Made by a program: the position numbers and the translations under genes. A stretch of 64,000 nucleotides of DNA, from NCBI GenBank assembly GCA_030390025.1, contig JASTWF010000332.1, forward strand, positions 124,001 to 188,000, in the 5' to 3' direction. A model generated the notes under the pieces. That model ran no database searches. It saw only the letters and a program-made list of their open reading frames with translations, and was not told where the DNA came from. Below are positions 63,744 through 64,000 of this stretch, piece after piece (the first letter of the stretch is position 1; the number at the start of each line of letters is the position of its first letter). The stretch comes from Squalus acanthias (lineage: Eukaryota).

Positions 63744-63955
63744 ATCTTTCCCCAGGGACTGTGCCTTGACCTGGTGGGAAGGATTGTGTGCTCCTATGAC
63801 CCCGAGAGCTATGCTGACGGGAGTGCAACTCCTGGTAGGGCCACCCAACCCAGAAAGGTCGGAGCCAGACTAAAGGCCAGTCCTCCTGGTCATGGCGTGC
63901 GAGTCAGACCAACAACCCGTCTGTGGAAAAATGCCTTTTGTCACGAAAATAACCC
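63744..63955 (+). mobile_element. RTE-clade 5' UTR fragment
   Basis: GCCTTGACCTGGTGGGAAGG...ATGACCCCGAGAGCTATG...CCTGGTAGGGCCACCCA...CCAGACTAAAG resembles BovB/Expander 5' UTRs (from memory). Confidence 0.6.
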
Positions 63956-64000
63956 AGAGACAAAACAATTCTGTCACAGACTTGCAAATATAAACATCAA

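Overview
This is eukaryotic, repeat-dominated non-coding DNA, almost certainly from a cartilaginous fish (shark). The evidence is the repeat inventory: shark-type CR1 LINEs, SacSINE1-like DeuSINEs and shark Penelope pLTRs. I found no convincing host protein-coding exon, so the window is probably intergenic or inside a long intron, and the long ORFs are either transposon-derived or low-complexity artefacts. It contains at least three CR1 families, including one copy running from the end of ORF1 to the 3' tail, plus L2, an invertebrate-type CR1-group LINE, a young RTE, two SINE families whose partner-LINE tails are also in the window, hAT and PIF/Harbinger MITEs with readable TIRs and TSDs, a Harbinger transposase relic and G-rich minisatellites. 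The most interesting signals are candidate self-cleaving RNAs. One is a very young Penelope insertion (44.1-44.9 kb) with a 201-bp apparently perfect inverted repeat, a 14-bp TSD and a minimal hammerhead on each arm. The second is a 363-bp non-coding hammerhead-bearing element (37.5-37.9 kb). The third is an RTE-type 5' UTR that can be folded into an HDV-like pseudoknot (63.7-63.9 kb). All three fit known element classes; I do not see strong evidence of a wholly new biological system. Family names are from memory and need Dfam/Repbase confirmation.
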